Shown: one piece after another, positions 26,489-38,854 of the stretch
Layout: each line of letters starts with the position of its first letter
Position numbering within the stretch: position 1 is the first letter of the stretch
From: Mustelus asterias
Lineage: Eukaryota
Direction of reading: 5' to 3'
Assembly (NCBI RefSeq): GCF_964213995.1
Contig: NC_135824.1
Span: 52,576,001-52,640,000 of the forward strand
Length of the DNA: 64,000 nt
Notes under the pieces: generated by a model
Database searches by the model: none
What the model was told of the DNA's origin: nothing
What the model saw: only the letters and a program-made list of their open reading frames with translations
Made by a program: the position numbers and the translations under genes

Positions 26489-26498
26489 TGATGTCACT
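26489..26498 (-). promoter_or_regulatory. TCR V-beta promoter decamer (CRE-like)
   Basis: TGATGTCACT is AGTGACATCA on -, matching AGTGAYRTCA, about 45 bp 5' of the V7 ATG; GC box, CCAAT and ETS-like CGGAAGTG lie upstream. Confidence 0.65.
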
Positions 26499-26541
26499 TT
26501 GAAATTGGTCCAGTTGCAGATTCAGCCGCCAAGCCTGCAGG

Positions 26542-27513
26542 ATGTTCTTATCGTTTCTCTTTGTTATCCTCTGCGCTCTGTTTTCAAGTATGTATTCCAG
26601 ATTTATAACAATACTGGCGCCAACATTATATCAACGTTGATCGAAAGAGATTGGCAAGAAAAGCAACAATTTTATACTAGCGGCATTGGCCTGATGTTAC
26701 GTCTTTGAATATTTGCTTAAACTGTGTGGAACATGATATGTGATGAAATTTGGAAGTAAATACATTTTACTCATGGTTTTCTTTTGACTAAATGACCGTT
26801 ATCTTAACTAATAACGCTAATCGAACGAATCTCAGGTCATCCCTTTTCTCGCTGACTTACTCGCCATCTATGTTGCACATATCTTCTATTTATTTGCACC
26901 GATCTAACCTTTCTCTGTGTATATTAAGTCTGTCTCCCATCGTTTTATTTTACAAGCTAGTTGGTATCAATATACTTAGTCTACTTATCCGTTATCCAGC
27001 ACTATCCCGCCAGTTATATATCTCTTTTTTATCTATAGATCGGTTGATGGATACATCCATCCATTTATCCATCATTTCTGTTTTATAATCTATTCACTGT
27101 CTATCTATAAGTTTATCTATCTATTATCGATCTATGAATGTTTCTACACATCTGGTTATTATACGTTGAATGGTGCTCTGAATTTTGTAAATATTTTCTT
27201 TATTTCTCCAGGCAAAACATTGGCAGAAGTGATTCACCAGTGGCCAAGGGTGCTAACGTCGAACAGCGGCGGGCAAGCAGAGCTAAACTGTTATCAGAAT
27301 GACAGCAGCAAATCAGTCATGCTCTGGTACCGGCAGTACGACGGCAATGGTCTCATTCTAATTGGTTATTCTCGCACTGGAACGTCACCCGCTTATGAAG
27401 AAGACTTTAAGGGCGAGGTGGAGATTGAAAGAGCCGAGGAAAAAAGGAGCACCTTGAAGATCTTAAAGGTTAAGGCTGCAGATTCTGCGGTGTATTACTG
27501 TGCAAGCAGTGAG
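26542..27513 (+). CDS. TRBV: TCR V segment (V7, CASS family); exons 26542-26587 and 27212-27513
   Basis: Leader MFLSFLFVILCALFS; EVIHQWP..LNC..MLWYRQ..DSAVYYCASSE. Confidence 0.9.
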
Positions 27514-27552
27514 CACACGGATGAAGACTGTATTGGTGGCTGTACATGAACC
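27514..27552 (+). promoter_or_regulatory. Non-consensus 23-RSS of V7
   Basis: CACACGG + 23 nt + ACATGAACC. Confidence 0.8.
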
Positions 27553-27954
27553 AACTTCAGAACCGACCTGAAGCTAAAATTCTTGACAAGTGTTAATGCC
27601 TTTCCGCTTCACAGGCTGGGTTACAGCTGGTGAGTGATACATTCAGCAAGAGCTTGATGACAGAGGAAGTTTTTGGAGGTGAAGGAGAGGCAGAAAGAAT
27701 GTAAAAAAAAGGTTCCCCAGATCTTCGTGTTCATCCTGTTATGTTTTCATACCTCGTTGAGTATGCTAAAATCCAGTCAGGATCACTGTTCTGGATTCGG
27801 TTAATTAAATTTAATAATTCGTGGTCTAAATAGTGCAATACGATACTGCAGTGAAGCATGGAAGAAGCCATGGAATAATTCAACGTACCATTTCCGACCA
27901 CTTAATTTATTCATATTTGGACAATAAATGTCAGTAATATTGGTTTCGTTTAAG

Positions 27955-28236
27955 TTAAATTATTCATGTCACAAGTAGGTTTACATTGAAGTTACTGCGA
28001 AAATCGCCTCGGCACCGAAATCCAGTGCCTGCTTGGGTGCACAGAAGGAGAATTTAGCATGGACAATGCACCTTAGCCAGCACGTCTTTCCGACTGTGGG
28101 AGGAAACCGGAGTACCCGGAGGAAACCCACGCAGACACGGGGAGAACGTGCTGACTCTGCACACTCAGTGACCCAAGGTCGGAATTGAACCTGGATCCTT
28201 GGCGCTGGTGAGGCTGCAGTGCTAACCAATGTGCTA
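27955..28236 (-). mobile_element. V-SINE, alternative tail
   Basis: SINE consensus. Confidence 0.8.
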
Positions 28237-28264
28237 CACTACTTTTCAGCATGAGCGTCCAGAT

Positions 28265-28830
28265 TCAACACATCTTCGCAATAGGTTCAAATTCCACCAG
28301 TGCAGCTGGTGTAATAAGTGTCCAATTAATAAACTCTGAATAAATGCTACTGACAGTAATAATGACCAAGAAACACTGGCTCGTTGTCAGAAAAAACATT
28401 CGGTTCACCAATGCTCCTTTAGTGATGGAAATCTGCCATCCTTGCCTGCTCTGTCTTGCAAAGGAGGCAGCAATGTAGTTGTATTGTTACTGGTTTAGGT
28501 AATCCTCTGGGTATTCAAGTCTGAATGACTAGTGAAATTTGAATTCAATAAAATCTGGAATTACAAATCGAATGATTAACTTGAAACCATTGTTGATTGT
28601 CGTAAAAACCGCCCTGTTTCACTAACGTACTTCGGGGAAGGAAATCTGCTCGACAAGGCAGTCGTGTCGTGGCATTGCCACGGCATTAGTGATCCAGAGA
28701 CCCAAACGATCTGGGGGCCCGGTTTCAGATCCCACCATGGCAAATTTGAATTCAACAAAAATCTGGGATTTAGAGTCCAATGATGTCGATTGGCGGAAAA
28801 ACCCATCTGGTTCACTAATGTTCTTCTCGA
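28265..28830 (+). mobile_element. Cluster of second-family SINE fragments
   Basis: Repeated TTCACTAA/TTCACCAA..GGAAATCTGC and AATTTGAATTCAA..AATCTGG pieces. Confidence 0.65.
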
Positions 28831-29299
28831 AGCAGTAGTGACAAGTATTCTCTGGGTAGGAGAGTTAAACAGCTGTTGCCAAGAGTGCTGAAGTAGCATC
28901 ACTACTGACAGAGCTAGCAGAGATCTGAACGGCATAGCTGCTAGATTAGATCTGTGGCGGGCGTTGGGAATCAACAAGAAGGGAGGTGATTAAAGTGTAA
29001 ACCGCATTGCTGCGGATCTGGAATCGCATGTAAATGACAGATTGCCTCCCCTGTCCTCACCCAACACATGGTCCACCTCGACGACGCTCTTGGAAAGAGT
29101 GATTAGAAGACGATCCATGTGGAGACGAAGTTTTCACATTGAGGATATCCTCCAGCATGTTGTGTGGCCTTTCTAAATTGGATACATTTTGAACAGATCT
29201 AGAAACTCAAATCCGGTCATCCATGAGGCGCTATCGGCCATGATAAGCATAAATTTATTTAACCACAATCTATAAGCTCACGGCATACCCCCACTCTAC

Positions 29300-31110
29300 C
29301 ATCACCACCATGGGATCACAATGATTTTATTCAGAGTGCAGCCGGGCATGCCAGGGGACCACCAGGCACCCCATGTTGTGGCAACCTGGTGAAATTATAT
29401 TATAGGGCCGCTTGCATGCCAAATATTATCAGCATAGACAAGAGCTAAGCAATCCAGCAACAGGAGGAAGACAGTCCACAGATATCCCCATCCTCAGTGA
29501 TGGGTGGAGCGCAGCACATAAGTACAAAATACAAGTCTGATCACAGCAGTCAGCAAATTTAATTCAGTCCATTGGATATCAAGAAGCTGATGAAAGGACT
29601 GAATTCTACTAAGGACAAGGCCCCTGACAAACTTCTGGCAATAGTATCGAAGAACTGTGCTCCAGAACTATCCCTGTCAAACTGTGCTCCAGAACTATCC
29701 CTGTCCAGACCCAAAGTCTTCCTGCAGAATTGTAACACTGGCATTCACTGACAATCTAGAAATCCTGTCGACAAAAAGGACAAATCCAACTGGCAAGTTA
29801 CTGCCCGGTCAGCCTTGGAGGGCCGACGGGCCTGTTTCCTGTGCTCGACTGTTCTTTGTTCTTTGTACTGTTGATCATCAGTAAAGTGATGAAAGGGGAA
29901 TTAACATTGTTATCAAGCAGCACTTACAGAGCAATAACCTGCTCAGTGGCACAGTTTGGGTTCTACCAGGGTCATTCAGTGCCTGACCTTATTAAAACTT
30001 TGGTCCAAACTTGGAGAAAGGAACCGAATTCCAGAGGTGAGGTGATAATGATTGTCGTTGACATCATGATATAGTCTGACTTTGAGTGGCATCAAGGAGC
30101 ACGAGTAAAACTCGTGAATGGAAACCAACTGAAATTCGGGGGCAACTCTGCACTTGTCTAAAGCACACGTAATACAAAGGGGAATTGTTGGGGTTGTTCG
30201 ATGTCAGCCATCTCCCCCACCAAAGGACATAATTGCAGGAGATGCTGAGGACATCTCCCGAGGCCTAACCTTATTCAACTGCTTTATCAATGTCCGTTCG
30301 TCGATCGTAACGGTCAGCAGTCATTATAAATGCACAATGTTCAGCACCATTCGCAATTACTCAAGTACTGAAGTAGTTCATTTCCAAATGCAGCAAAGCT
30401 TGGACAACATTCAGGCTTGGGGTGATAAGTGACAAGTAAGATTGGAACCACAAAAGTTTCAGGCAATGACGATCGCCAAAGGGAGAGCACATAACCCATC
30501 GCCCGGTCACATATCGTGGCACTGCTCATTGAATCCCTCATAATCAGCATCCTGGAGATTACTATCGAACTCGACCAGCCATATAAACACTGTAGCTGCA
30601 AAGGGTGGGTCTGACACTTGGAATTCTGAGGCGGTGAACCCACCTCCTTACTCCCCAAAACCTGTCCACCACCTACAAAGGGCCAGTCCAAAGTGTGCTG
30701 GAACACTCTCATCTTGATTGGATGAAGGCAGCACCAACACAATGAAGAAGCTTGACACCATCCAGGACAATGCAGCTCCCTGATTGATAATCCATCGATC
30801 ACATTTAACTGTCAGTCCCTCCACCACCGATGCACAATGGCAGCAGTGTATACTATCTGCAAAATGCACTGCAACAACTCACTACGGCTCAGCACAATCC
30901 AGACCCACGAACCCTACAAACTAGGGAGACAAGGGCAGCAGACACATTGGAACATCACCGGTTGAAAGTCACCCTCCAAGCCACATAGGGACCTGACCTG
31001 GATCTATATCGCCGTTGCTGCAATGTCGTTGGGTAAAGTTCTGGAATACTCCCTAACAGCAGCGTGGGTGTACCTACACCATACGTACTGCCAGCTCAGG
31101 AAGGCAGAAT
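29300..31110 (+). mobile_element. Degenerate non-LTR retrotransposon (second LINE family), RT region
   Basis: QFGFYQGHSVPDL..VVDI, LFNCFIN, MQQSLDNIQAWGDK; internal 27-bp tandem duplication at 29653-29705. Confidence 0.8.
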
Positions 31111-31172
31111 TAGAATAAGCTGGTGACGGGATGAAATGAAGAAAGGTAGGTGGAAGCTAATGTGTATCATGA

Positions 31173-31306
31173 GAGAATCATAGAATCCCTACAGTGCAGA
31201 AGAGGCATTCGGCCAGTGAGTCTGCACAGACACTCCGGCAGAATGTTGAACCCGGGTCTCTGGAGCTGTGAGGCAACGGTGCTAACCACTGCACTACCGT
31301 GCTACC
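31173..31306 (-). mobile_element. Internally deleted V-SINE
   Basis: Tail joined directly to the tRNA head. Confidence 0.7.
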
Positions 31307-33689
31307 CGTAATGGATCACAAACACCAATCTGGACCTATGTCATTACCTGAAACCGAAGAGACAACTAAACGCATGGTGGATTTCAAGATATGAATTAAG
31401 AGGTCATCCCTAGTCAGCTGAACACAGGAAATCAAAGGGTCTTCTCCTGGCACATTGTCGCCACTCCTGCTTCTGTATCTCCAATGAAGTCTGTGGCATA
31501 ACATGCCTGCAGTGTGAAATTCCTATCTAATGAACTGAAGCGGAATGAGGAACTGAACTTGACATGTTTGCTATATCAGCAACAAATAAATCAAAGGTTG
31601 CTACCATGATGCTTTGCAATTATCTTCGGCGTGCTGTTTTAATTTTCCAGGTAGGTTGGTCAGAAAAAAGAGCCCATGAAGGGATTATTCTCCTTGTATT
31701 AAGTAGTGCATGTCTAGACTAAAATACATTTCGAAGAAATATAACTGAAGTAATTGAAACAGGAAAAGGCAATTGGGCTCCTCCAACTTGTTAAACAGCA
31801 AAGCCTTTTTGTTTTGTCCTCCTTCACCAAAGGAAATCCGTGTCACCTTTCCCACCTGATCAATTCCTTTAATCGTGTGAAATACCTCTTTACCTCCTAT
31901 GGTCAAAGGAGTATGAATATGCGTAGATGCTAATAATACAGAGACGGCTGCTTTCCCGTCCATCCAGGCTGCTCCGCACATACGTCATTTATAACAATGT
32001 ACAAACTGCCCATCCGCTCAAAACAATGTGAACACCTGGGACAGGATAAAAATCGGACTGAAACCCAAGCTAATTTCTGGGGAGCTATCTTAGAATTGCC
32101 TCTCCGACCACCTTTAAATTCTAAAAGTTACAGCCGGAATTATCCGTTGACCTGCTAATTCAGCACAGTGCGTACCTTTGGCAAGTGGTATTCCATGCCC
32201 CAGACAGAACTTTGCGAAAGCTTACTTGAAATAATTCAGATTAATATCAATTGTACGAGACGACAAACTGTTCCAGAGGCCATTGTTATTTAAGGAATTA
32301 ACAGTACCCTGAAACTTAACCCGGATCGAACATCATGCAGTTTGCAATAATGGCCCCTGGTCCTCCCTAATCTGGAACGATTGTTTTAACCGGAACACAA
32401 TTTCTTCCCTTCATTATATAATAAACCTCCATCAGACCACCCTGAGGCTTCTCTACACTAAGGCACAGACAGACTACAAGCTCTTGTAGCCTATATCAAA
32501 GTTACAGATTCATTAGGCCAAGAAAGAGGCCATTGAATACTTTGGGCCCAAACCTGCTCTCTGTAAAGGCATCCAATCTGACTTCCTCTCCGCTATAACG
32601 CTGTAGCCCTGCAAACTTATTTCGCTCAAATCCCCGCCCAATTTCCCTTTCAAATCTTCTCCTCCTCCAGCAACCTCCTAGCAACGAACTTCAGGCCTTA
32701 AACGTTTGTTGCGTGAATTTATAGAAGTTCTTCCTTACAACCTCCCCCATTTCGCAGGCGTTTGGGGACTCGTCGACGCCGCCATTTCTGGGACCCATGT
32801 TCACTTGTTTCAACAGCCCTCCTACCGGATGAATAGGGACGGGTAGCTTCACTGCAGCACAGGAGAGCCAACTGGAGTCACCCAAGAGAGGACTGGCTTA
32901 CAGTCCCACTCGGAAAGGCAAACGCTGCTCCTTGACAACTCAGATATTTAAAATATCCACCTCAGCACCTTTGCGAAAGCCTTAATATCACCCTCATGAG
33001 AATGAGCCAAAAGTGAAAAAGTGTTTCCGAAGCTCTGTTGCAGTCAATATATTGTAATAGAGTCAAACAATGAACCCATTCACTCTCGAGTTTGCTGATT
33101 GGTTTTCCACATGGGTCTTCAGACGCCCTGGGGAATGTATCTTCCTTCCTCTTCTCCCTTTAATACCTTCTGTGCACATGTTGAACCCATCCCACATGGA
33201 AAATACTGCACTTTATCCAATGAAACATCATTTGCCAATGAGGCGCACAGTCCCTCGAAACACGAAATATTCAACTGAATCCAAATAATATCTGCGGACC
33301 TGGCACTCGCACGGACCTTTCTGTAACAATTTTGCACCCACTTTCCTCCAGCCATTAATCGATGTAGCACACTATACAGACAGTAATACATTTGGTAGCC
33401 AGACCGCTGTGGTTCCTTATCGAAAGGTTTTCGAAATCTAAGCAAAGAACGCTTACTCGCCTTCACTCATCATCCAGAAGCTTGGTTTTACGGTGGCGAA
33501 CTGATGAAGGGCAGGTCCTCTGCTCATTCCTCCACGCCCCTCAGTCCTGAACATTTTTCTTCATTTTCTTGTAACAAACTGAACGAATGAATCAATTTCC
33601 ATGAGCAATGAGAGCTAAAAGGAAGAAGCTGAAGGCACCTCCGCCAATTCTGGAACCCGGGATCCAAAAAAGGGCCAGTATTAGATGAA

Positions 33690-34025
33690 GGCAAGTATGT
33701 AGACTGTTTGTGGGACGAGATGAGGTTCAGGCTTGGGTTATTTTCGCTGGAGCTGTGAGGGCTGAGGGGTGACCTGACAGAACTGTGCAAGATTCTGAGG
33801 AACATGGACAGAGTGGATAAGGAGCAGGTGTTCAACTTTGTTGAAGGGTCAGTCATGAAGGGACACAAGTTTCAAGGTAAGGGGCAGGAAGTTTAGCGAG
33901 GATGTGAGAAAAAAATCTTTACTCAGAGGGTGGTGATAGTCTGGAACGCGCTGCCTGGGAGGGTGGTAGAGGTGAGTTGCCTCAATTCCTTTAAAAGGAA
34001 CCTAGATGAGCACTTGACACGCCAT
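33690..34025 (+). mobile_element. CR1 3' fragment
   Basis: AGGGCTGAGGGGTGACCTGA..TTTACTCAGAGGGTGGTG. Confidence 0.75.
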
Positions 34026-34254
34026 AATTTCCCCAAAATATTCTATAAGTTCATGTGACAGGCTGATTTTATCGATCTGCTACATCAAATCCATCTACAA
34101 ATTAAAATCACTCATGATTATTCCTGCACCTTCCTTACAAGTCCCCATTATTTCCGCTTAGAGTGTAGTTGTTGCCAGGAGGGTTATTAAGCTATTCCCA
34201 CACGTCACAACTTACCTTTGTTATTTCTTATCTCTACGCCCTCGGTAATGACCG

Positions 34255-34565
34255 AACGACAGTGTAGCTCTCCCTCAGTACTGACAGCACAAGACAGTAC
34301 AGCTCCTAATCAGCGTTGATCTTCTGGCCGTGCATTACTCCCTCAGTAATGCCCTTCAGCAGTTCGGCACTCCATTGGAACTAAATCTCCAAAATTGCAT
34401 TGTAACGTCAGTACTGAAGCTCCGGCAGTACCTGGTTGGAACAGTACTGTCCCTCCGACACTGCGGCACTCCCTCGGTACTGAAGATCGTACAGTGTTAC
34501 GCTCCCCAAATATTTGATCTCCCGACATTGGCTGCGCTCAGTCTGCCTTCCTACATCGGCAGTGC
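34255..34565 (+). repeat. Degenerate CAGTGCAGCACTCCCTCAGTACTG-type minisatellite
   Basis: Repeated CTCCCTCAGTA / CAGTACTG units. Confidence 0.6.
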
Positions 34566-35067
34566 AATAATCTATTAATAATCCCTTTTGGGGTGCAGCC
34601 ATGGATTTTGTGGTCAACTCTCTGGAGTAGAATCACTGGCAATGTCTGGTTTGCAAGTGAGAGGGTTATCAACTGAATCACAGATAACAGTCCTTGGACT
34701 TCCACTCGAGAGTCCAATTGATTGGTATTGGTCTTTTAAGCGACATTTCTAATCTTCAATCATGGACTGGCAATGGAGGTGGAGATCATTGATTTCGCTT
34801 TCTGTGTCGTTATGGGCGCTAGGTGTCATCATTGCTTCAAAAATACTGGTAGATTTTTGATGTCCTTCTTCTCCGTGGGCCCGAGGCTCTGCAATTCCCT
34901 TCTTTAACATTGTCACCTTCCCTCTTCCTCCGCCGCCATAATAACTCGTGTGACCCGCTGTGAATATTGGCTTATATAATTTCCTTGGGAAGTTTTGTCA
35001 ATGGACATTAAAGTCGCTATGTAAATACAGTTTGTTGTTTCGTTACAACCTCTAGTGGGGTGTGGTA

Positions 35068-35106
35068 GGTTTTTGAACTGAAGGGTGGTTTGCTTGCACC
35101 TCTGTG
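35068..35106 (-). promoter_or_regulatory. 23-RSS of V8
   Basis: CACAGAG + 23 nt + TCAAAAACC on -. Confidence 0.92.
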
Positions 35107-35749
35107 ACATTACTGGCAGTACAGTAATAGGTCGCCTCATCTTCTGCATTCGCCCCAGTTATATTCAGGATAAGGGATTTGGTATCAGTCTTCGTCGCTT
35201 GGTACCTATCGGAGACGCCTTTTTCTTTCTCTATGTCCGTGTTGTAGATGTATGAGCGCAGAAGCAGCCGCAATCCCCCAGTTTCCTTCTGTTGGTACCA
35301 ATACATGTAATTCAGCATTTGGCTCTGTCGGCAGTCGAACTCCACGGTTCTTCCCCGCTCAACGGACTGTCGCGTTGGAGATTGGAAGATCCGGTGCTCC
35401 TGACAAATCACATCTGTAACAGAAAAATGGAATCAAATTTAAAGGAGTGGCTGGCTACTAATTTTATAATGAGCAAATGGCGCAGCAACATTATGAAGTG
35501 AACAAGTAGGAGGTTTATTGTTAATATCCAAAAGTTGCCCAGCCAGGGTCTCAGCTCCGCCCTTACATCCGTCACATTTGCCTTCCCTGACTGGTTTAGC
35601 GCCAAAGGCAGGAATTTCAATTCTAAACATTCAGTTAAACGTTTCAATTTCTGTAAAATAAATATAAAATCATCAAATGGAGTGGGCGGACCAAATAACT
35701 TACAAGGCAGCATTAAGACAACGAGGCATGAATCAGGACCCAAGTACAT
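35107..35749 (-). CDS. TRBV: Inverted TCR V segment (V8); exons 35749-35704 and 35413-35107
   Basis: Leader MYLGPDSCLVVLMLP with GTAAGT donor and TTACAG acceptor; IFQSP..FDC..YMYWYQQ..DEATYYCTASN. Confidence 0.88.
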
Positions 35750-36243
35750 TCTGCCTGGATCGTATTATTCTCCGATTCTTGTTTTCCTGGTTGTTCGAGC
35801 CTCTTAGTTTTATCAACGGCGATACTGTATCTGCGATATGTTTAACCCGGACGATATTAAACTTCCCTATGGGCCTAATCAGTTTATAAATCAGCAGTGG
35901 CTCAGTGGAGGCTGCTGCGTTTATGGCCCGCGTCAGAGACGGAAGCAGAGTACGTCATGTGATAATGTAACGTGACAATCCTAACTACATTAGAATACAC
36001 TGAAGTAGACTTCACTGAAACCGGTTATCTGAGAATTGTTACATTGCTCTTGTCGGAGATTGTTGCACACGAATTGACTTTGACAATGCAGACACTTCAA
36101 ATAAAGGTACTTAAATGCCAGTGAAGCTTTGTTGACGTGCTGAGATGGCTACGTACCGCCGAAATTGCTTCGAGCTGAATATATTTGAGTGTTAAGAGAA
36201 AGTTCAAACTCGAAACGATTCGTGGAATGTGAGTCACCTTACC

Positions 36244-36584
36244 AGAATCATAGAAACCCTGTAGTGCAGAAGTGCGCCATTCGGCCCATCGAGTCTGCAC
36301 CGACAACAATCCTACCCCAGGGCCTATCCCCATCACTCCACATATTTAACCCGCTAATCACTCTAACCTACGCATCCCGGGACATTAAAGGGCAATTTTG
36401 CATGGCCAATCAACCTAACCCGCACATCTTTGGAGCGTGGGAGAAAACCGGAGCACCTGGAGGATCCCACGCAGACACGGGGAGAATATGCAAACTCCGC
36501 ATAGACAGTGATCCGAGCCGGGAATCGAACCCAGGTCTCTGGAGCTGCGAGGCAGCAGTGCGAACCACTGTGCCATCATGCCGC
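36244..36584 (-). mobile_element. V-SINE (HE1-like)
   Basis: SINE consensus. Confidence 0.85.
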
Positions 36585-37189
36585 CTCTCTCCATGGAATG
36601 TGTGGCCCATCCCTAATTACCATTGAAATGAGCAGCTGCCTGAGCCACTTCTGGGGGCACTGAGGAGTCTATCCTATAATAATGTGTCTGGTGTCTCATG
36701 TCCGTCGTTGGATTCTCTCCCTTAAAGGGTATTAGGAAATCAAACATGATGGTTTCACGGTGTTATTATTACTAAATTTGTTAACTAAATTTAAATTCAT
36801 CCAGCTGCTATGGTGGGATTCGAAGGCATACCTCCACAGCATCAGGGTGCATTGTTGAATTACTTGTCAAGTGATGTTGCCACTCGGCCGTTGCCTTCCC
36901 CTAGCTCCTCATTACACGTTCTTACATAATACGATGGAGATGAGGTAGTAGCCCTCGTGCGCATAACTTCAAGTACAAGTCTGGAAGAACGTCGCTGGCG
37001 CCGTGTCAAATTCCTAGATAGGAATTCCAATAGCACAACACAAGGACTTTGTGGTTCAAATGGTCAGCACACCACCACCTTCTCGAGAGCCTTTTGGAAT
37101 TGGCAATTAAATGTGATAGAATCAATGGTACTCACGTCCCATGGACGAAAACTAAATCATATCTTGAAAACAGGAAATGATCTGTGCTT

Positions 37190-37203
37190 CTGCCCTCTGG
37201 TGG
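37190..37203 (-). promoter_or_regulatory. Predicted CTCF site (reverse orientation)
   Basis: CCACCAGAGGGCAG on -, preceded by a TGCAGGTCC upstream-type motif. Confidence 0.7.
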
Positions 37204-37519
37204 TCGCGAAGGACCTGCAATGAAATCTCAACATTCGATGTCACTATATTGTGCATTTGGTTGTGACAGACCATCCAATGGCGTAATAAATGTCAACGCA
37301 TAATTCCAAGTATTGTCTCTGAGGACGCGTTAATTATCTGTTTCCTTTTGCAAACACCTTTAGGGATCTGGGTTCTAAACTGCATAAATTAGAAACCATT
37401 TAGGGCTAATGTCATAAATACATGCATTGAAAAGAAGGAATAGACAATTATTGGAACTGTCTCCTTGTAAAGACGCAGCTGAAAAAGATATTTTGTCTAT
37501 CAAAGTCTACTTTTGAAGC

Positions 37520-38830
37520 TTTTTTTTGTATTCATTCACGGCTTTGTTGGCTAGGCTAGGATGTACTGCCCATCTCTAATTGTCCTTGAGAAGAGGTGTT
37601 GAAATACATTCTTGAACCGCTGCAGTTTACCACAGTGTTTTCAGGGATGGAGTTCTCAAGGTTTCACTTAGGGACAGTGAAGGAACAGCGATATATTTCC
37701 AAATTAGGATGGTAAGTGGCTTTGAGTGCACCTTTCAAGTGGCAGTGTTCCCAAATATCTGCTTCCGCTGTCTTTCAAGATTGCATTCGTCGTGGATTTG
37801 GAAGACGCTGTCCAAGGATCCTTGATGAGTCCCGGCAGTGGTAGAAGGAATGAACATTTGTGGATGGGGTGCCGTGGGAGCGGGCTTCATTGTCCTGGAT
37901 TGTGCCAACCTTCTTGAGTTTGGTTGTTTCTCTACTCATTCACGCAAGGGGTGAGTGTTGTACATTATACATTGTTGAGTCAGGAGGTGAGTTATTCACC
38001 GCAGAATTACTAGCCTCTAAACTGCTTTTGTAGCCACAGTAATTGGAAGGTTAGTACAATTAAATTTCTGGTCAATGGTTACCCCAGTGTGTAGATACTG
38101 GGGGATTCAGCGACAGTAATTACATTGAATGGTACGAGGCGATGGTTAGATTTTCTCTTGTTGAAGATGGTTATTGCTTGGCCCTTATGCGGCGGGAACG
38201 TTAGTTGTCACTTGTCAGCCTAAGCCTGGATTGTGTCCAGGTCTTGCTACATTTGGACATGTATCGGCGGGAGTTTCCGGCCTCGCTCGCCCCCTAAATC
38301 GGAAAATCTCGCCCAAGTTCAACGGACCTTTCCATGGTCCGCCCCTCGCCCGCTCCGCTTCCCGTGGCGGGCGGGACGGTAATATTCCATCCCGTTTCAA
38401 TATCTGAGAAGTCGTGAATGATACTGAGGATTGTGCAAGTCTTCAGTGAACATCCCCAATTCTGAACTTACGACAGAAGGAATAAACTAAGATATAGCGA
38501 ATGTAGCATTGTGTTGCTTTTGTGGATCATTTGCTGCTTCGCCGTTTGATGGCCTGATGTCTGGATTGTGGAGTCATTGATGAACTTTCCGTTTGAACAT
38601 TTGCGTGGGATACTAATTGTCGATCCCAGTTTGACTTGGAGAGGGGTGATGAGCCATTTTCTTGAATACAACTGACTGCATTGATAATCCACTTCTGAGA
38701 GTTCTTCAAATTCAACCGCTCGGCTGTGCATTTGGGGGGTCTGTTCTGCCAAACAGGGGGTGGGAATCTGAGTTCCTTCCCGAAAGGACATTGCTGCCAG
38801 TGGATTTTCCTTTTTGCAGAAATCTAGTTG
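37520..38830 (-). mobile_element. Degenerate second-family LINE
   Basis: Reverse-complement similarity to 29300-31110; contains a GC-rich insert at about 38265-38392. Confidence 0.7.
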
Positions 38831-38854
38831 TCATGTTGTTGCAAATGCTGGTAA

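Noticed and set aside
33330-33470. MYYCLYS on - followed by a vague heptamer/nonamer
   Set aside because: The heptamer lacks CAC, the spacer is not 23 nt, and there is no upstream V framework
38265-38392. GC-rich insert with imperfect terminal inverted repeats (possible MITE)
   Set aside because: Termini and TSD could not be defined confidently
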